Below are positions 45,425-56,957 of a stretch of 64,000 bases of DNA, in pieces. Positions within the stretch are counted from its first letter, which is position 1. The number at the start of each line of letters is the position of its first letter. The notes below the pieces were generated by a model that searched no databases, was not told the DNA's origin, and saw nothing but the letters and a program-made list of their open reading frames with translations. The translations under genes and the position numbers were made by a program. Source of the stretch: Histomonas meleagridis 2922-C6/04-290x (Eukaryota > Protista > Parabasalia); contig JAANOX010000202.1 in assembly GCA_020184695.1 (NCBI GenBank), positions 72,493 through 136,492 on the forward strand, given 5' to 3'.

Positions 45425-46873
45425 ATGTTTACTTGTTCCAGGCTTGTTGATAGGGCAACTACTGATGATAATCTTCCACCTCCAGGTATGTGTCTTGCTG
45501 AAGCAGTACAATTAGCCAGAGATGATCCTGCAAATGTTCAACGTCTTATTAAATATGCTTGCAAAAAACTTACAGTTCCACGTGTTAATGTCCGAATTAA
45601 GGCTCTTAGGCTTATGAGTCATCTTGCTCAAAATGGACCATCATCTGCAGTTCAAGCAGAAATCAAGTTATACTCATCTACAATTTCTGATTGCATTGGA
45701 TGGAGAGGGCGTCCAGATCCTCTTCGCGGTTATGAGCCATATCAAGAAATGAAAGATGTCGCCCAATCTCTCTTAGATCTCATTTTTACATCTGGTCAAG
45801 CAACTGTACAACATTTCGCCACAACAACTCCTACAGCTGCTCCAACTCAACGTGTTGCCAGTGTAAGTACTATGGAATCTTATGGTAATGATCAATACAT
45901 TACACAACCAGTATCTCTTGATCCAGTAAATCATGATCCAACAGCAAACCGCACACTAGAAAACATCACAGGTTTCTTCAGCCGTACATTCGGTGGTCAA
46001 AAAGCGCCTGTTGTATCAAAATATGGAAGTGCATCAAATGTCAGTGGAAACGTACCTGGAACAACACAAGGAATGTATGTCCATCCAATGTATCAAACAG
46101 CACATACACAACCTCCAACCTATCAAAGTCCAAATACAAATACATATCAACCTCCACAACCAGCACAACCAGCACAACCGCAAATTCCATCATATACACC
46201 ACCTCCACCTCCACCACAGCGTGGCCAATTCCAACGTCTTGAAGCAGATTTCTCATGGTCCAAAAAGAAGCCATCAAATCCAATTCCAGAACGCTCCAAA
46301 AATGTTGCTGACACACCAGCCTCCAAATTCCTCAAAGTTACTGGCGGCCGAGCTCTTCCAACAAATGGTGAAATCACTGCATTCAAAGCGTCCATTGTTC
46401 CAGAGTCACTTGTTGAGCTCACTGAAGCTCTTAACAGCTCTGAGTGGAAGGTTAAGGTTAGGGCTATATATGGATTGGAAGTTTTCGGCGAAAAGTTCGG
46501 AATCGGAACAGTTGCACACGTAAAGAAGGAGGTCGAGAAGCTGAAAGTTGCTCCGCAGGCTTCGCTTCGCTCCGCAGCGATTCGCTTCTATGCGTCGATC
46601 GAAAATGTCGAGCCAACAGATATGCCCGAGCAGCCATCCGCATTCACCTTCACAGACGAGGCACAAAGCGAACCGCCGCAAGAGGACGAAGAGCAGCAGA
46701 ACGCATTCAGCTTTGTGACAGAAGAAAATGTTAATGAAAAGGAAGTTAAGAAAGAAGAACCGAAACAAGAGGAAGTAGAAGCTCATGAGGAAGAAGCTAA
46801 AGAAGAGGTACAACATGTTGCAAATGAGGAAGAAGAACAAAAGGAAGAAAAAGAAGTTAACGAAGAGCAATAA
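45425..46873 (+). CDS. TEPSIN: Tepsin-like ENTH/VHS protein (AP-4 accessory)
   Basis: AT.DD..P.PG, K.KALRL..HL..NG, WRG.PDPL.G..PY; second helical domain W.VK.RA. Confidence 0.72.
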   Translation: MFTCSRLVDRATTDDNLPPPGMCLAEAVQLARDDPANVQRLIKYACKKLTVPRVNVRIKALRLMSHLAQNGPSSAVQAEIKLYSSTISDCIGWRGRPDPLRGYEPYQEMKDVAQSLLDLIFTSGQATVQHFATTTPTAAPTQRVASVSTMESYGNDQYITQPVSLDPVNHDPTANRTLENITGFFSRTFGGQKAPVVSKYGSASNVSGNVPGTTQGMYVHPMYQTAHTQPPTYQSPNTNTYQPPQPAQPAQPQIPSYTPPPPPPQRGQFQRLEADFSWSKKKPSNPIPERSKNVADTPASKFLKVTGGRALPTNGEITAFKASIVPESLVELTEALNSSEWKVKVRAIYGLEVFGEKFGIGTVAHVKKEVEKLKVAPQASLRSAAIRFYASIENVEPTDMPEQPSAFTFTDEAQSEPPQEDEEQQNAFSFVTEENVNEKEVKKEEPKQEEVEAHEEEAKEEVQHVANEEEEQKEEKEVNEEQ

Positions 46874-47066
46874 ATATTCTTCACTTGAGCATTTGTTTTT
46901 GGTTATTTGTTTAATTACGCCCTATTTAATTTATTAATGTTTCGTGTGTAAATAAGTTCAAAAAAGATGAAACATTTTGACAAAAAAATTTGATTCGAGT
47001 TTGAATTCATTGTATCTTTTTGTTAAATTTAAATCGTAACATATTGTAATTTAAAATTAATCAGAT

Positions 47067-47148
47067 GGTACTTTGGCCGAGTGGTCTAAGGCGTTGGATT
47101 TAAGCCCCAATACCGAGAGGTGCGTGGGTTCGAACCCCACAGGTACCA
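47067..47148 (+). tRNA. tRNA-Leu (TAA)
   Basis: GGTACTT/AGGTACC acceptor stem, GCCGAGTGGTCTAAGGC D arm, TTTAAGC loop, long variable arm, GGTTCGAAC, oligo-T follows. Confidence 0.93.
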
Positions 47149-47264
47149 TTTTTTTTTTTGAAAGAAACAAACAATTTGGTTTTGAGGTAAATATTTTTTT
47201 TCTTTTTCCAAATTCGAAAGTAAAAAAGAAAACGCTTGTTTTAAATGAATATGTTTATGTAAAC

Positions 47265-48005
47265 TTAAACAATTCCTTCATCTTTGTAATCATCCTCATT
47301 TACATCAAACATTTCATTGATTTCCCTACGAACATCAAATATTGATTCACGTGTAAGAACCATAACATATCTGTAATATTCAAGATCTTGGAAATCGCCT
47401 TCCTCGCCTTCTGTCTTAAATTCTATCCTTAGCATTGCATTTTTGAAGAACACTTGATCTTCGGCATTTTGAAACTCAAGTCCTTCTTCACCTTTCACAG
47501 CTTTTTTAACGAGAATATAATGTGTAAATTTATAAGAATCTCTTTCTTCTTGTGTTTCACAGTCTTCTGTCGCCCATTCAATTTCCTCAAAAAGGCCTCT
47601 GATTAAATGTGGTATTAATTGAGGTGGAACGCCATATGCTCTTTCATCCAGAAGCAATCCAACAGAGGGTAGGAAATTTCCAAGTATTTGATTAAGCGAA
47701 GGATCATTCAAGCTTAGGAGCCAATTTATAAAATTACTAACAGTTGCATAATTTTGAAAGTATCCTAAGTTAACAACAGAAGTAAATCCGAACAATGATT
47801 GATCGTCTTCATCTTCTACATATGCAAGTTTTATGCAAGTACCAACGCGTTTTTGTCCTGTAATAATTTTACTTAATTCAACTCTTTCTACATTTAAATA
47901 TTTTGGAATAAATCCTGCAATTGCTGGTGCATCGCTTGGAAGCATGTCCATAAAACCAAATGTTGCCTCTATTTGTTCAAAATTTTCCTCGTCGTCTTCA
48001 TTCAT
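47265..48005 (-). CDS. BCP1: BCP1/BCCIP family protein
   Basis: IE..FGF.D..P.D...I, FGF.SV.NL, VGLLL.ER...VPPQL.P.L. Confidence 0.85.
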   Translation of the reverse strand: MNEDDEENFEQIEATFGFMDMLPSDAPAIAGFIPKYLNVERVELSKIITGQKRVGTCIKLAYVEDEDDQSLFGFTSVVNLGYFQNYATVSNFINWLLSLNDPSLNQILGNFLPSVGLLLDERAYGVPPQLIPHLIRGLFEEIEWATEDCETQEERDSYKFTHYILVKKAVKGEEGLEFQNAEDQVFFKNAMLRIEFKTEGEEGDFQDLEYYRYVMVLTRESIFDVRREINEMFDVNEDDYKDEGIV

Positions 48006-48184
48006 TTCGGATTTTACTCGACCACGAAAGCAGACCGTTAATTATTTTTGGTCTGGTAGCGCTTTTGCAAATAAATAACAGGATTCAATGGTTCACAATC
48101 TCATAGTGTGTATTTGGCGCCATTTGATGTCAGAAAAGGAATTGAATTAAAAGTGACATTTGGGATCTAATTTTATTTAAAGCT

Positions 48185-50228
48185 ATGATTTCGCCAAAGC
48201 ACAGACCTAATGATGATATTACTTCCATAAACACAGGAGATAAAAATTTGAGTAATTCATCAACCTGCTTGAAATTCCTAATTGTGCTTGAGAAAACCAT
48301 ATTCGCTTTAACCGAAGAAAACTTCCAGCCATCCATTAAAAAAGTAATGAAATTTTTTGATTCAAATTTTTCAAATACATTTAATACTATTATAAGTAAC
48401 ATCGTTTATAATGCATTTTCATCACGAAAACAAGCATTCGATATTTACTTAAATTTTTTAAAGACACTTCAAATGAAAGAAGAAGAAATTAATCAAAATA
48501 TCGTTAAACTATTATCAATTTTTATCAAACGTGTATCTACAAAGAACACACAAGAATCATATTATTTAATTGAGAAAATGATTGAACAAAATTTAATTGA
48601 TAAAAATATCACTAAAAATATTAATTCAAAATATTTTTCTCATTATAAAGCAAAAGAAGAAAACCAAAACCAAAATCATTTGCCATTTGGGTATAATAGA
48701 AACGATCCAATAGAAAAATACTTTTTGGATAATTATGAAGAACTATCAAAGAATGATTGGGAGCTCCATAAGAAGTATATTAAAGAAGGACATAATCCAA
48801 ATGAAATTGCAAAAGTAATTCGGAATGATGAAATAGAAAAACTTCAAGAAATATCATCACAAACAAACTTCGATTTTAATCAAACAATTGAACCATCACT
48901 TTATGAAAGATGTTCATTTATTAACAAAGAAAATGTTACATTAATTGATTATGCAGCATTCTTTTCTTCAGTTAAATGTTTCAAATATTTACTTATGAAT
49001 AATGTAAATGTAAATAATACAGGTAAATATGCAGTTGCAGGTGGAAATGAAGAAATTATTCATTTATGTGAACAGAATCATTCATCATTTGAAGGTTCAT
49101 ATGAAACAGCAATTAAATTCCATCAAAATGATATCTTTAAATATGTTTATGAGAATAAATCAGAAAAACACAACCAAATTCAATGTTTCGAATGTTAGAG
49201 AATAAAACTAATGATTTGGTAAGTTTTTGTATTAAACAAGACAATTATGAAATTTTAGCATTTTTTTGGAAGAAAAAGGAATTAATGTTAATCCTGTTAA
49301 TATTAATGAAACAGCAAGAAATGGAAATTTATATCTCGTTGAATGTTTCCTTCAAAATAATCAAATTCCTATAAATATTTTGTTATTTGCTTCTGAATCA
49401 GATAATATCGAACTTGTGAAATATGTTTTAGATAAAGAAGAAATTGATGTTAATGCGAAATATATTCATTTGAATAATTTGAAATATGTTTTAATAATTT
49501 AGAATATGTTTTAATAATTTAGAATATGTTTTAATAATTTAGAATATGTTTTAATAATTTTGGATATGTTTTAATAATTTGGAATATGTTTTATTAATTT
49601 GTAATATGTTTTAATAATTTTGGATATGTTTTAATAATTTTATATATGTTTTAATAATTTGAAACAGCACTTCATATAGCAGTTAGAAATAATAATATAG
49701 AAATAGTAAAATTACTTTTAGATAAAGGAATTGATGTTAATGCAAAATATATTCATTTGAATAATTTGGAATATGTTTTAATAATTTTATATATGTTTTA
49801 ATAATTTGAAACAGCACTTCATATAGCAGTTAGAAATAATAATATAGAAATAGTAAAATTACTTTTAGATAAAGGAATTGATGTTAATGCAAAATATATT
49901 CATTTGAATAATTTGGAATATGTTTTAATAATTTTATATATGTTTTAATAATTTCAAACAGCACTTCATATAGCAGTTAGAAATAATAATATAGAAATAG
50001 TAAAATTACTTTTAGATAAAGGAATTGATGTTAATACAAAAGATATTCATTTGAATAATTTGAAATATATTTTAATTATTTTGGATATGATTTAATAATT
50101 TAGAATATGTTTTAATAATTTAGAATATGTTTTAATAATTTCAAACAGCACTTCAAATTGCACAACAAAAAGGTTACACTGAAATAGTAAATTTACTGAG
50201 TGAAAAACGACCAAATTCGAATTCATAA
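48185..50228 (+). CDS. DUF3447-like/ankyrin gene 5 with homogenised 20-nt arrays in four loops
   Basis: ORF 48185-49198 plus two -1 shifts in homopolymers (A-run near 49165, T7 at 49261); ankyrin blocks split by 10, 3, 3 and 5 17-mers; stop TAA 50226-50228. Confidence 0.65.
49464..50144 (+). repeat. 20-nt period arrays: constant 17-mer ATATGTTTTAATAATTT plus variable triplet
   Basis: Arrays at 49464-49663 (10 units), 49751-49810 (3), 49898-49957 (3), 50045-50144 (5). Confidence 0.92.
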
Positions 50229-50611
50229 CGATCTTCTACAATCATCAAATCTTCATTTTCAATAAAAAATAGAAATTAGGCATATATTGCTAATAATCAA
50301 AATCAACTCGAAGATCAAATGTTCGCAAAAAACACCAGAAGGAAAAGTATCAAATCAAAAGTTGATATAAACATACAAACATACGAAAATCATCTTTTGT
50401 TGGAAATTTTTTAATGTCCTCAACGAATATGTTCATTTTACTCAAGTTTAACCAATCTTAAGTTATTTTATCGAGAACCTGACCAATCAAAACAAATATT
50501 AAAGATGTACAGTTAATCTTGAAAGCAGAGTTTCAGCGATCTAAACAAGATTGACACACTTCTACTGTTTCATACCCTGATTCATTAAAACTTCATCCCG
50601 CATCTTTTTGA

Positions 50612-51329
50612 ATGATTTATGCCAATCGTTATCGTAAGATCAATAAACCTTTCAATCATCGTGGCCCTGACACATATGCAAATTCCAGGTTTTCTACCCG
50701 TGCAACATACGAATTATGATAGACTAGCTGGTGATAAGAAAGAACATTTGAATAATATTTTAGACTTACTGAAGACTCCAACAAGATTGGCAGATGGAAC
50801 AATTCAGAAAAATCTGACGAAACGAAAATACCAAAAGGTACGCTAAAAACATGGAGAAAGAAGCTTCTAGCGAATCCAAATTCAACATTAATTGTACATG
50901 GAGCCAAAGGTGTATCAAGAATACTTAATAGGCAGATTGAAGACTCAATTTATACAAAGATTATGGAAGATTGTATTCAACAGAGAAGATATTGTTCGTT
51001 GAAAACAGTTCAGACAGATAGATGAACCAAATGCATATTTACTTTGGGATCTGCATTCGTCTCACAGAGATGAAGAAGTTCAAAGTTATTCGACAAAAAG
51101 AAATATTCAATTGTCATATATCCCAGCTGGTCAAACGGGCAAGTGGCAACCATTAGACAGAAGTATATTTGGAAAGTTTTAAAAAAAGTGTCACTATGAA
51201 TTCGAAAAATACCTAATAAACAATAGCATCGATGAATATGATATCATTGATGCTATTGTAATACTATTAGATGCTTGGGAGGAGATTCCCAATGAAGTGA
51301 TTAGGAATTCCTGGAAACATTTAACCTAA
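50612..51329 (+). mobile_element. Degenerate pogo/DDE_1-type transposase relic
   Basis: KIPKGTLKTWRKK (HTH-like) and WDLHSSH...YIPAGQTGKWQPLD..IFG...LDAWEEI..EVIRNSW, with frameshifts and an internal deletion. Confidence 0.8.
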
Positions 51330-51425
51330 AATTGATTAAAAAAAATCTTAAAAGTTCTTAATAAACACTTAAAACGTATAATATTTTTCTTATTTACAAC
51401 TCATTTTAGCAATTATATGGATGAA

Positions 51426-51469
51426 ATATTATTTGGCCGGCCAAATAATATATATATATATATATATAT
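51426..51469. repeat. 26-bp perfect palindrome followed by (TA)n
   Basis: ATATTATTTGGCC|GGCCAAATAATAT then a TA microsatellite. Confidence 0.85.
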
Positions 51470-52153
51470 GTTCAGATTTTTCCAATTCAGACACATAATT
51501 TTATTATACTTCTCATAACAAATTTTTAATATTAATTTTACTTGGAGATTTTCAGAATTTAAAATGTTATTTCAGAAATAAAATTTTACCGCCAAAAAAT
51601 TTTTTTTTCCAGCGAAGATTTTAATGGACAAAAAGTAGATGAAATATGCTCAAAATTATGAAAAACATTATATCAAAAAATGATTAACAAATGCGAAGTC
51701 TATAATAAGTTTAAGTGAATTTAATATTTTATAATTAGAAGATTTTTATTTTTTCTATTTAACCACAAAATATGATAGCTCTTCAATTATACTGGATTTT
51801 ATCTAAATAAATGTTGTTGGTATTTTGCTTACATTTTTCTAGAAAGAGAAAATTGATTATTCTTCAATACAAAAATTACAATTTTTAAACAAAATAGTAG
51901 AATACTTTTATTCATCGTACTGAGATTTATTTAGTTTTCTATGTCAATATACCTCAATTTTGTTTGGTTTCAGGATTTTCAAGAAAAACATGAGAAAAAA
52001 TACGTTATTTGGGCTTAACGTACGTTGCGGGACGAAGTGAATAAGGGTAAGATAGTTTTTGTATCTGAAGATAAACTATTCAATAATTGAGAATAGAGCG
52101 ACCGTTACGATGTCCAAAAACGATCCGCCCAAATATTATAACATTTTTTAGTC

Positions 52154-52900
52154 ATGACCAATAGAATTTGCATAATTCCACACGGTGACCCTAAAGCAGC
52201 ACAAGAAGTTGCTATGACTCTTTCACCAGAAGGTAAGCCAATTGAAATCAAAAATAAATATTTTGAAGCATCACTTAAACTTGATTTTGATGTAGGTGGC
52301 AAACCACCTGCTGTTTTATGGATCAGTGATTCACATTACTGTGACAAAAACATACCTCCTTCTGGTCAATATAAAGATGCCGAACTTCGGCTTCTTTTAA
52401 GAATTATTGATGAATCTTCCAATGACGAAATCCCACAACCACTTCAAGATTGGGAACTAGATAACTTTGCAGAAATCGTTAATGTCAAGCTAAGTACATT
52501 AGCTGCTGAATTTCGAAAATTCCATGAAGGAAATGGACGTTCATCTCTTCTTGACACACAAGCACCACCTGCTGGTTGCCGAATCCTTGAAGCCTTGGAA
52601 ATGGTTAATTGGCCTATCAAGACATCAGCTGGTAAACCTCTCATTGAAAAGAAAATTGAACGACTTGTTGCATTAATGAAGAATACTGATCCGGAGAATG
52701 ATTCTTTTGACCAAGCTATGTCGCTTATGATGGAATTAAAGTCTGAAATTCCAAATCTTCCAGATGATCAACGGCATAAGTATGCAGCACAAGTTGCAAT
52801 GGCATTTCAAAGCATGTTGGAATTCGAGGAGGAAGAAGAGGAACAATTTGAACCAAAACACGAATACACAGCAATAAAAAGTGACGATGGCGAAGAGTAA
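52154..52900 (+). CDS. AAGAB: AAGAB/p34 adaptin-binding protein
   Basis: I.NKYF.A, RI.EAL...W, and L..LP.DQR.KYA.QVA.AF C-terminal signature. Confidence 0.72.
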   Translation: MTNRICIIPHGDPKAAQEVAMTLSPEGKPIEIKNKYFEASLKLDFDVGGKPPAVLWISDSHYCDKNIPPSGQYKDAELRLLLRIIDESSNDEIPQPLQDWELDNFAEIVNVKLSTLAAEFRKFHEGNGRSSLLDTQAPPAGCRILEALEMVNWPIKTSAGKPLIEKKIERLVALMKNTDPENDSFDQAMSLMMELKSEIPNLPDDQRHKYAAQVAMAFQSMLEFEEEEEEQFEPKHEYTAIKSDDGEE

Positions 52901-53727
52901 ATAATGAAATGCATCAAATAAACAATGTGAAACTAAGCACAAAATAATTCATAGTTTTAAATATTTATGTGAATTTATATCATGTGCAAATTGTTTTTCT
53001 TTAGATTAATTTTTTGTTGGATTGAATTCTAATGAAATGTTATGCAAAATAATATTTTAATTACAAAAAAATATTTCAAAACATGAAAAATTTTAATGAA
53101 TCAAATGTTTAAAAACCATTGATCTTGTTATATCATATGATAAAAAATATTATAATGACATTTCTAACGTTTCTTCTATTCAAAAATTGGAACAAGATGG
53201 TGGAAATGTTGTTGTGTTGAATTTTGTTGTTCCACAAGTTTCACTTAATGTGTTTGAATATCTTTTTGTTAGTGGCGTTGTAATTGAAGCTAACGATGTT
53301 TCGATATTTTCTAATGTAATACCTGGTGTTTTCATTCGTATTTGAACAAGGTTGATGATCATCCGTAAATGATTGCATTCAAAATACCACATTGTAACTC
53401 GAAACTTAATAAATTTTCTCCAAAGTTTGTTTCTCTAGAAATTAATTTATTTCATATTGGTGATGAAGTATATTTATTTGTTTTAGTTCCATTCCACAAG
53501 TTATTAGCTAGTTCTATGTTGTATAGGTAAGCAATAATATTTGATGAGATATTCAAAAACAGGAAACAAACAAGAAATTCCCTTTCATGCCCAACCAGGA
53601 TTCTGTGGATGGCAGCTCGGCAACCAACCAAAATGTTTGGTAACTTTAAATATTATTCTCAAAAAATAACTCAAATTGTGTGTCGATATTATCTGACAAA
53701 ATGGTTTTTAATCCATATGTTTATCGA

Positions 53728-54912
53728 TCAAATTTTATTATAATGAAGTTCTGACTCTAATCCCTTTGTTTGTTTCACAGTTCTTACTGCTTTCATAAAG
53801 TTATCATTATTCACACTTTCTCTTCCCTCTCTCAATGCGAACAATCCAGCTTCTGTACATACATTCCTCAAATCCGCACCATTAAATCCCTCAGACAATT
53901 TCACAATAGCATCAAAATCTATTTCACCCTCAACATTCAAATTTCTTGCATGTATTTTCAAAATTTCGAGTCTTCCTTGTTCATTTGGCAAAGGAATCTC
54001 TATTTTCCTATCTAACCTTCCAGGACGTAATAACGCAGGGTCTAAAACATCTGGTCTGTTGGTAGCCATGACGACTTTCACTTGTGACGTCGATGAAAAA
54101 CCGTCCATTTGTGACAAAAGTTCCATTAACGTTCGCTGGATTTCTCTATCGTTTGATTGACCGTCTCCCATACGCCTTTGGCCAAGTGCATCAATTTCAT
54201 CAATGAAAATGATACACGGTTGATGTTCACGTGCATATTTAAACATTTCTCGTATAAGCCGTGCAGATTCACCAATATAACTGCCGATTAAATTGGTGGA
54301 AACAACTTTAAGGAAGGAAGCTTTAGTGCTGGAGGCAATTGCACGCGCAATAAGCGTCTTGCCAGTTCCTGGTGGACCATATAATAATGCTCCTTTAGGA
54401 GCTTTCACACCTACACGAATAAAAATTTCTGGATTAACTAATGGCAATTCAATAATTTCGCGGATTTCATTGATTTGATCACCAAGACCTCCAACATCGG
54501 AATACTTAACATTACCAGGATCTTCAGTCGTCATGTGGTATACTTGTGGATCAACTTGACGTGGAAGAGCATGCATAATAGTACGAGTGGCTGTATCAAG
54601 TGTCACACGTCTACCAATTGTTAGTAAAGATGGATCAAGTCTAGATCTTGCTTTTACAACAAATCTATCATCACCTTCTATTTTAACAATATATCGCTCA
54701 CCGTCAAGAATTCTGTATATCTCGGCGATTTTTTGTCCGACTGAATGCATAGCATTGATTTGTCTTTCAGTTTCGTCTAATTCTGCTTGTGCTGTTTGAA
54801 CTGCTAAGCCTCTTTCCTTGATTTCAGCTTCAAGCTTTGTCATTCTGATAAGTTTTGATGTATATTCTTTCATTGCTTCTTCATGTTCATCAACAGGGGG
54901 ATTATCAGTCAT
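53728..54912 (-). CDS. RPT4: 26S proteasome AAA ATPase Rpt4
   Basis: GPPGTGKT, YIGESARLIREMF.YAR.HQPCIIFIDEIDA, REIQRTLMELL.QMDGF, RPGRLDRKIE. Confidence 0.93.
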   Translation of the reverse strand: MTDNPPVDEHEEAMKEYTSKLIRMTKLEAEIKERGLAVQTAQAELDETERQINAMHSVGQKIAEIYRILDGERYIVKIEGDDRFVVKARSRLDPSLLTIGRRVTLDTATRTIMHALPRQVDPQVYHMTTEDPGNVKYSDVGGLGDQINEIREIIELPLVNPEIFIRVGVKAPKGALLYGPPGTGKTLIARAIASSTKASFLKVVSTNLIGSYIGESARLIREMFKYAREHQPCIIFIDEIDALGQRRMGDGQSNDREIQRTLMELLSQMDGFSSTSQVKVVMATNRPDVLDPALLRPGRLDRKIEIPLPNEQGRLEILKIHARNLNVEGEIDFDAIVKLSEGFNGADLRNVCTEAGLFALREGRESVNNDNFMKAVRTVKQTKGLESELHYNKI

Positions 54913-55193
54913 CTTCTAAGCTAAATAACCGCAAATTACCACTCAAAAAGGGAGGTTTTGACACTAATCTTCTATCTGGCCAACCATCAAACATGCAATA
55001 TCACAGAACATAACTCTTATTTTTACCATTGATCAATAAAAGAATTCTTGTCGAACTTCTTAAGAAAAAGCAACAAATCTTATCATTTGAAAAAATTGAT
55101 TTTTGAATTTTCAATAAATTTATATAAAACCTTACGTGGCTGTTCCTTTGCGAACATTTGGTTTTGTCTTTTTTTGCATACAACATAGAAATA

Positions 55194-56957
55194 TTATGAG
55201 GAATCGTTTCTGTTCTCTCTAATTTTTTTAACATAATTTCCAAACGCATTCATATCAACGCCAGGGAACAAAGAAGCATTTGTTCTAATAAAACTTGACA
55301 CATCTCTAAATCTTGGTCTATTCTCCGGAAACTCATTCCAACAACTTTCCATCAAACCTACGAACTCTTTTGGAACATTGCCTGGTATATTAGGCCTCAC
55401 TCCTTGGGAGACCTTCATCACCAATTCACCCATCGTCCTAACGTCCTCGTATGCGGGCACCCCGGATATCACCTCACACATCAAAATACCGTATGAATAA
55501 ACGTCCGTCGAACTATTGTATTCTTCTCCTTTCAATAATTCTGGTGCCATATAAACAGGCGAACCGACAACTTTTGATTGTTTCATATTTTCATATTCAT
55601 TATTCATTAATTTTGAGAAGCCGAAATCGCAAACTACAGGCTCATCATTCGAATTCATTAAAACGTTAGCAGGCTTTAAGTCTCTATGAACAATTCCAAG
55701 TTTCACATGTATGTAAGACATTGCCTTAGCAATTCCATAGAGAATTATCATTTTTAATGTAATGTCATTTAATTTCTTTTGGAATATATAATCCTCTAAT
55801 GAGCCATTTGGTAAATATTGCGTCATAATCATTGGATATGGATTATCTGTCGACGCTTTTAATGTTAGTCCTTGTAGACGTAATACTGCTGGATGATTCG
55901 CACACATTAACAATTCGACTTCGCGGAGAAATTGAACTTGATCAATCGATCGGACAATATCCGAAAATAAAAGTTTGGCAGCATATAGTTCTCCTGTACT
56001 ATTTTCGCGGACAAGAACAACTTCTCCAAATGAGCCTTTGCCTAATTGTCGAATTGGAGTGTAATTGGAAAGATCTATTATACGCTCGTGAAGAAAATGT
56101 CGTTCGGTTTTACGATGTGTCTTTTTATGTCGACTTTTATGAGATGATTGTGAGTGTGCGTCTTGAACTGGTTGCGATATAATTTGTGATTGCAGTGGTG
56201 GTGGTAATTGCGATTGTTGTTCTGGTGATAATGGCTGAAGTGTTTGTGCATTTGGAATTGTTTGTTGTGCGTGAGATAACTGAATAATTTGAGATTGTAA
56301 TGGAGGTGGAAGTTGTGGCTGTTGAAGCTGTTGCGGATTTAACGTTTGTGATTGCAATGGTGGAGGAAGTTGTGATTGTTGTCCTGGCGATTGCGGAGTT
56401 GGCTGTGGATTTATTATTTGAGACTGCAATGGTGGAGGAAGTTGCGCATTTTGAGCATTTTGTGGTTGTTGTACTTGTTGCATTATCTGTGGATTTTGAA
56501 TTTTTAGTGCTGGTGATGATTGTTGTGGAGATGAAAGTTGTGTTTGTTGCGGATTTGGTGCCTCCTGCTGTTGATCTACTGGCAATGTTTGTGATTGAAA
56601 ACTATTTGGATTTAATGATTGATTGAATAAAACACTTTGATTCATATTTAATGGGTATGCCAATGAATTTTGAAATGCTAGTGAAGACAATATCTGTTGC
56701 CTTTGTGACTGACTTAATAATTTCAAATCACATATGGTTTGAATTCTTTCCCTAACAATTGCTAATTGTCGTAATACTTTTTGAGTAAGATCAGCATTCC
56801 CTTTTTCGTGGTTTAAAATCGTTTGATAAGTTCCAAGAGATTTAAGAAAATAATCTAATGAAACATCATAATTGGATTTTTTATATTCTTGAACTCCTAG
56901 ATTCGAAAGATCAGCAGCTTTTTTTATTTCTTGGTAAGTTACATATCTTTTCGTCAT
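55194..56957 (-). CDS. TKL-family kinase with MIT-like N-terminus and Gln/Pro repeats
   Basis: LGKGSFG, AAK, HRDLKPAN, DFGFS, GSPVYMAPE, DVYSYG; repeated QLPPPLQSQ. Confidence 0.9.
   Translation of the reverse strand: MTKRYVTYQEIKKAADLSNLGVQEYKKSNYDVSLDYFLKSLGTYQTILNHEKGNADLTQKVLRQLAIVRERIQTICDLKLLSQSQRQQILSSLAFQNSLAYPLNMNQSVLFNQSLNPNSFQSQTLPVDQQQEAPNPQQTQLSSPQQSSPALKIQNPQIMQQVQQPQNAQNAQLPPPLQSQIINPQPTPQSPGQQSQLPPPLQSQTLNPQQLQQPQLPPPLQSQIIQLSHAQQTIPNAQTLQPLSPEQQSQLPPPLQSQIISQPVQDAHSQSSHKSRHKKTHRKTERHFLHERIIDLSNYTPIRQLGKGSFGEVVLVRENSTGELYAAKLLFSDIVRSIDQVQFLREVELLMCANHPAVLRLQGLTLKASTDNPYPMIMTQYLPNGSLEDYIFQKKLNDITLKMIILYGIAKAMSYIHVKLGIVHRDLKPANVLMNSNDEPVVCDFGFSKLMNNEYENMKQSKVVGSPVYMAPELLKGEEYNSSTDVYSYGILMCEVISGVPAYEDVRTMGELVMKVSQGVRPNIPGNVPKEFVGLMESCWNEFPENRPRFRDVSSFIRTNASLFPGVDMNAFGNYVKKIRENRNDSS

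Noticed and set aside
47073-47345. 90-aa ORF MAEWSKALDL...
   Set aside because: It is a translation of the tRNA-Leu gene and its flank.
49464-50144. CRISPR-like array
   Set aside because: Repeats are 17 nt with only 3-nt variable parts, lie inside a eukaryotic ankyrin gene, and there are no cas genes.
53180-53680. Short minus-strand ORF fragments upstream of 53180
   Set aside because: Broken frames with no recognisable motif; cannot be supported as a gene.
55451-56626. Plus-strand ORFs opposite the TKL kinase and similar shadow ORFs elsewhere
   Set aside because: Antisense or off-frame shadows of well-supported genes with low-complexity composition.
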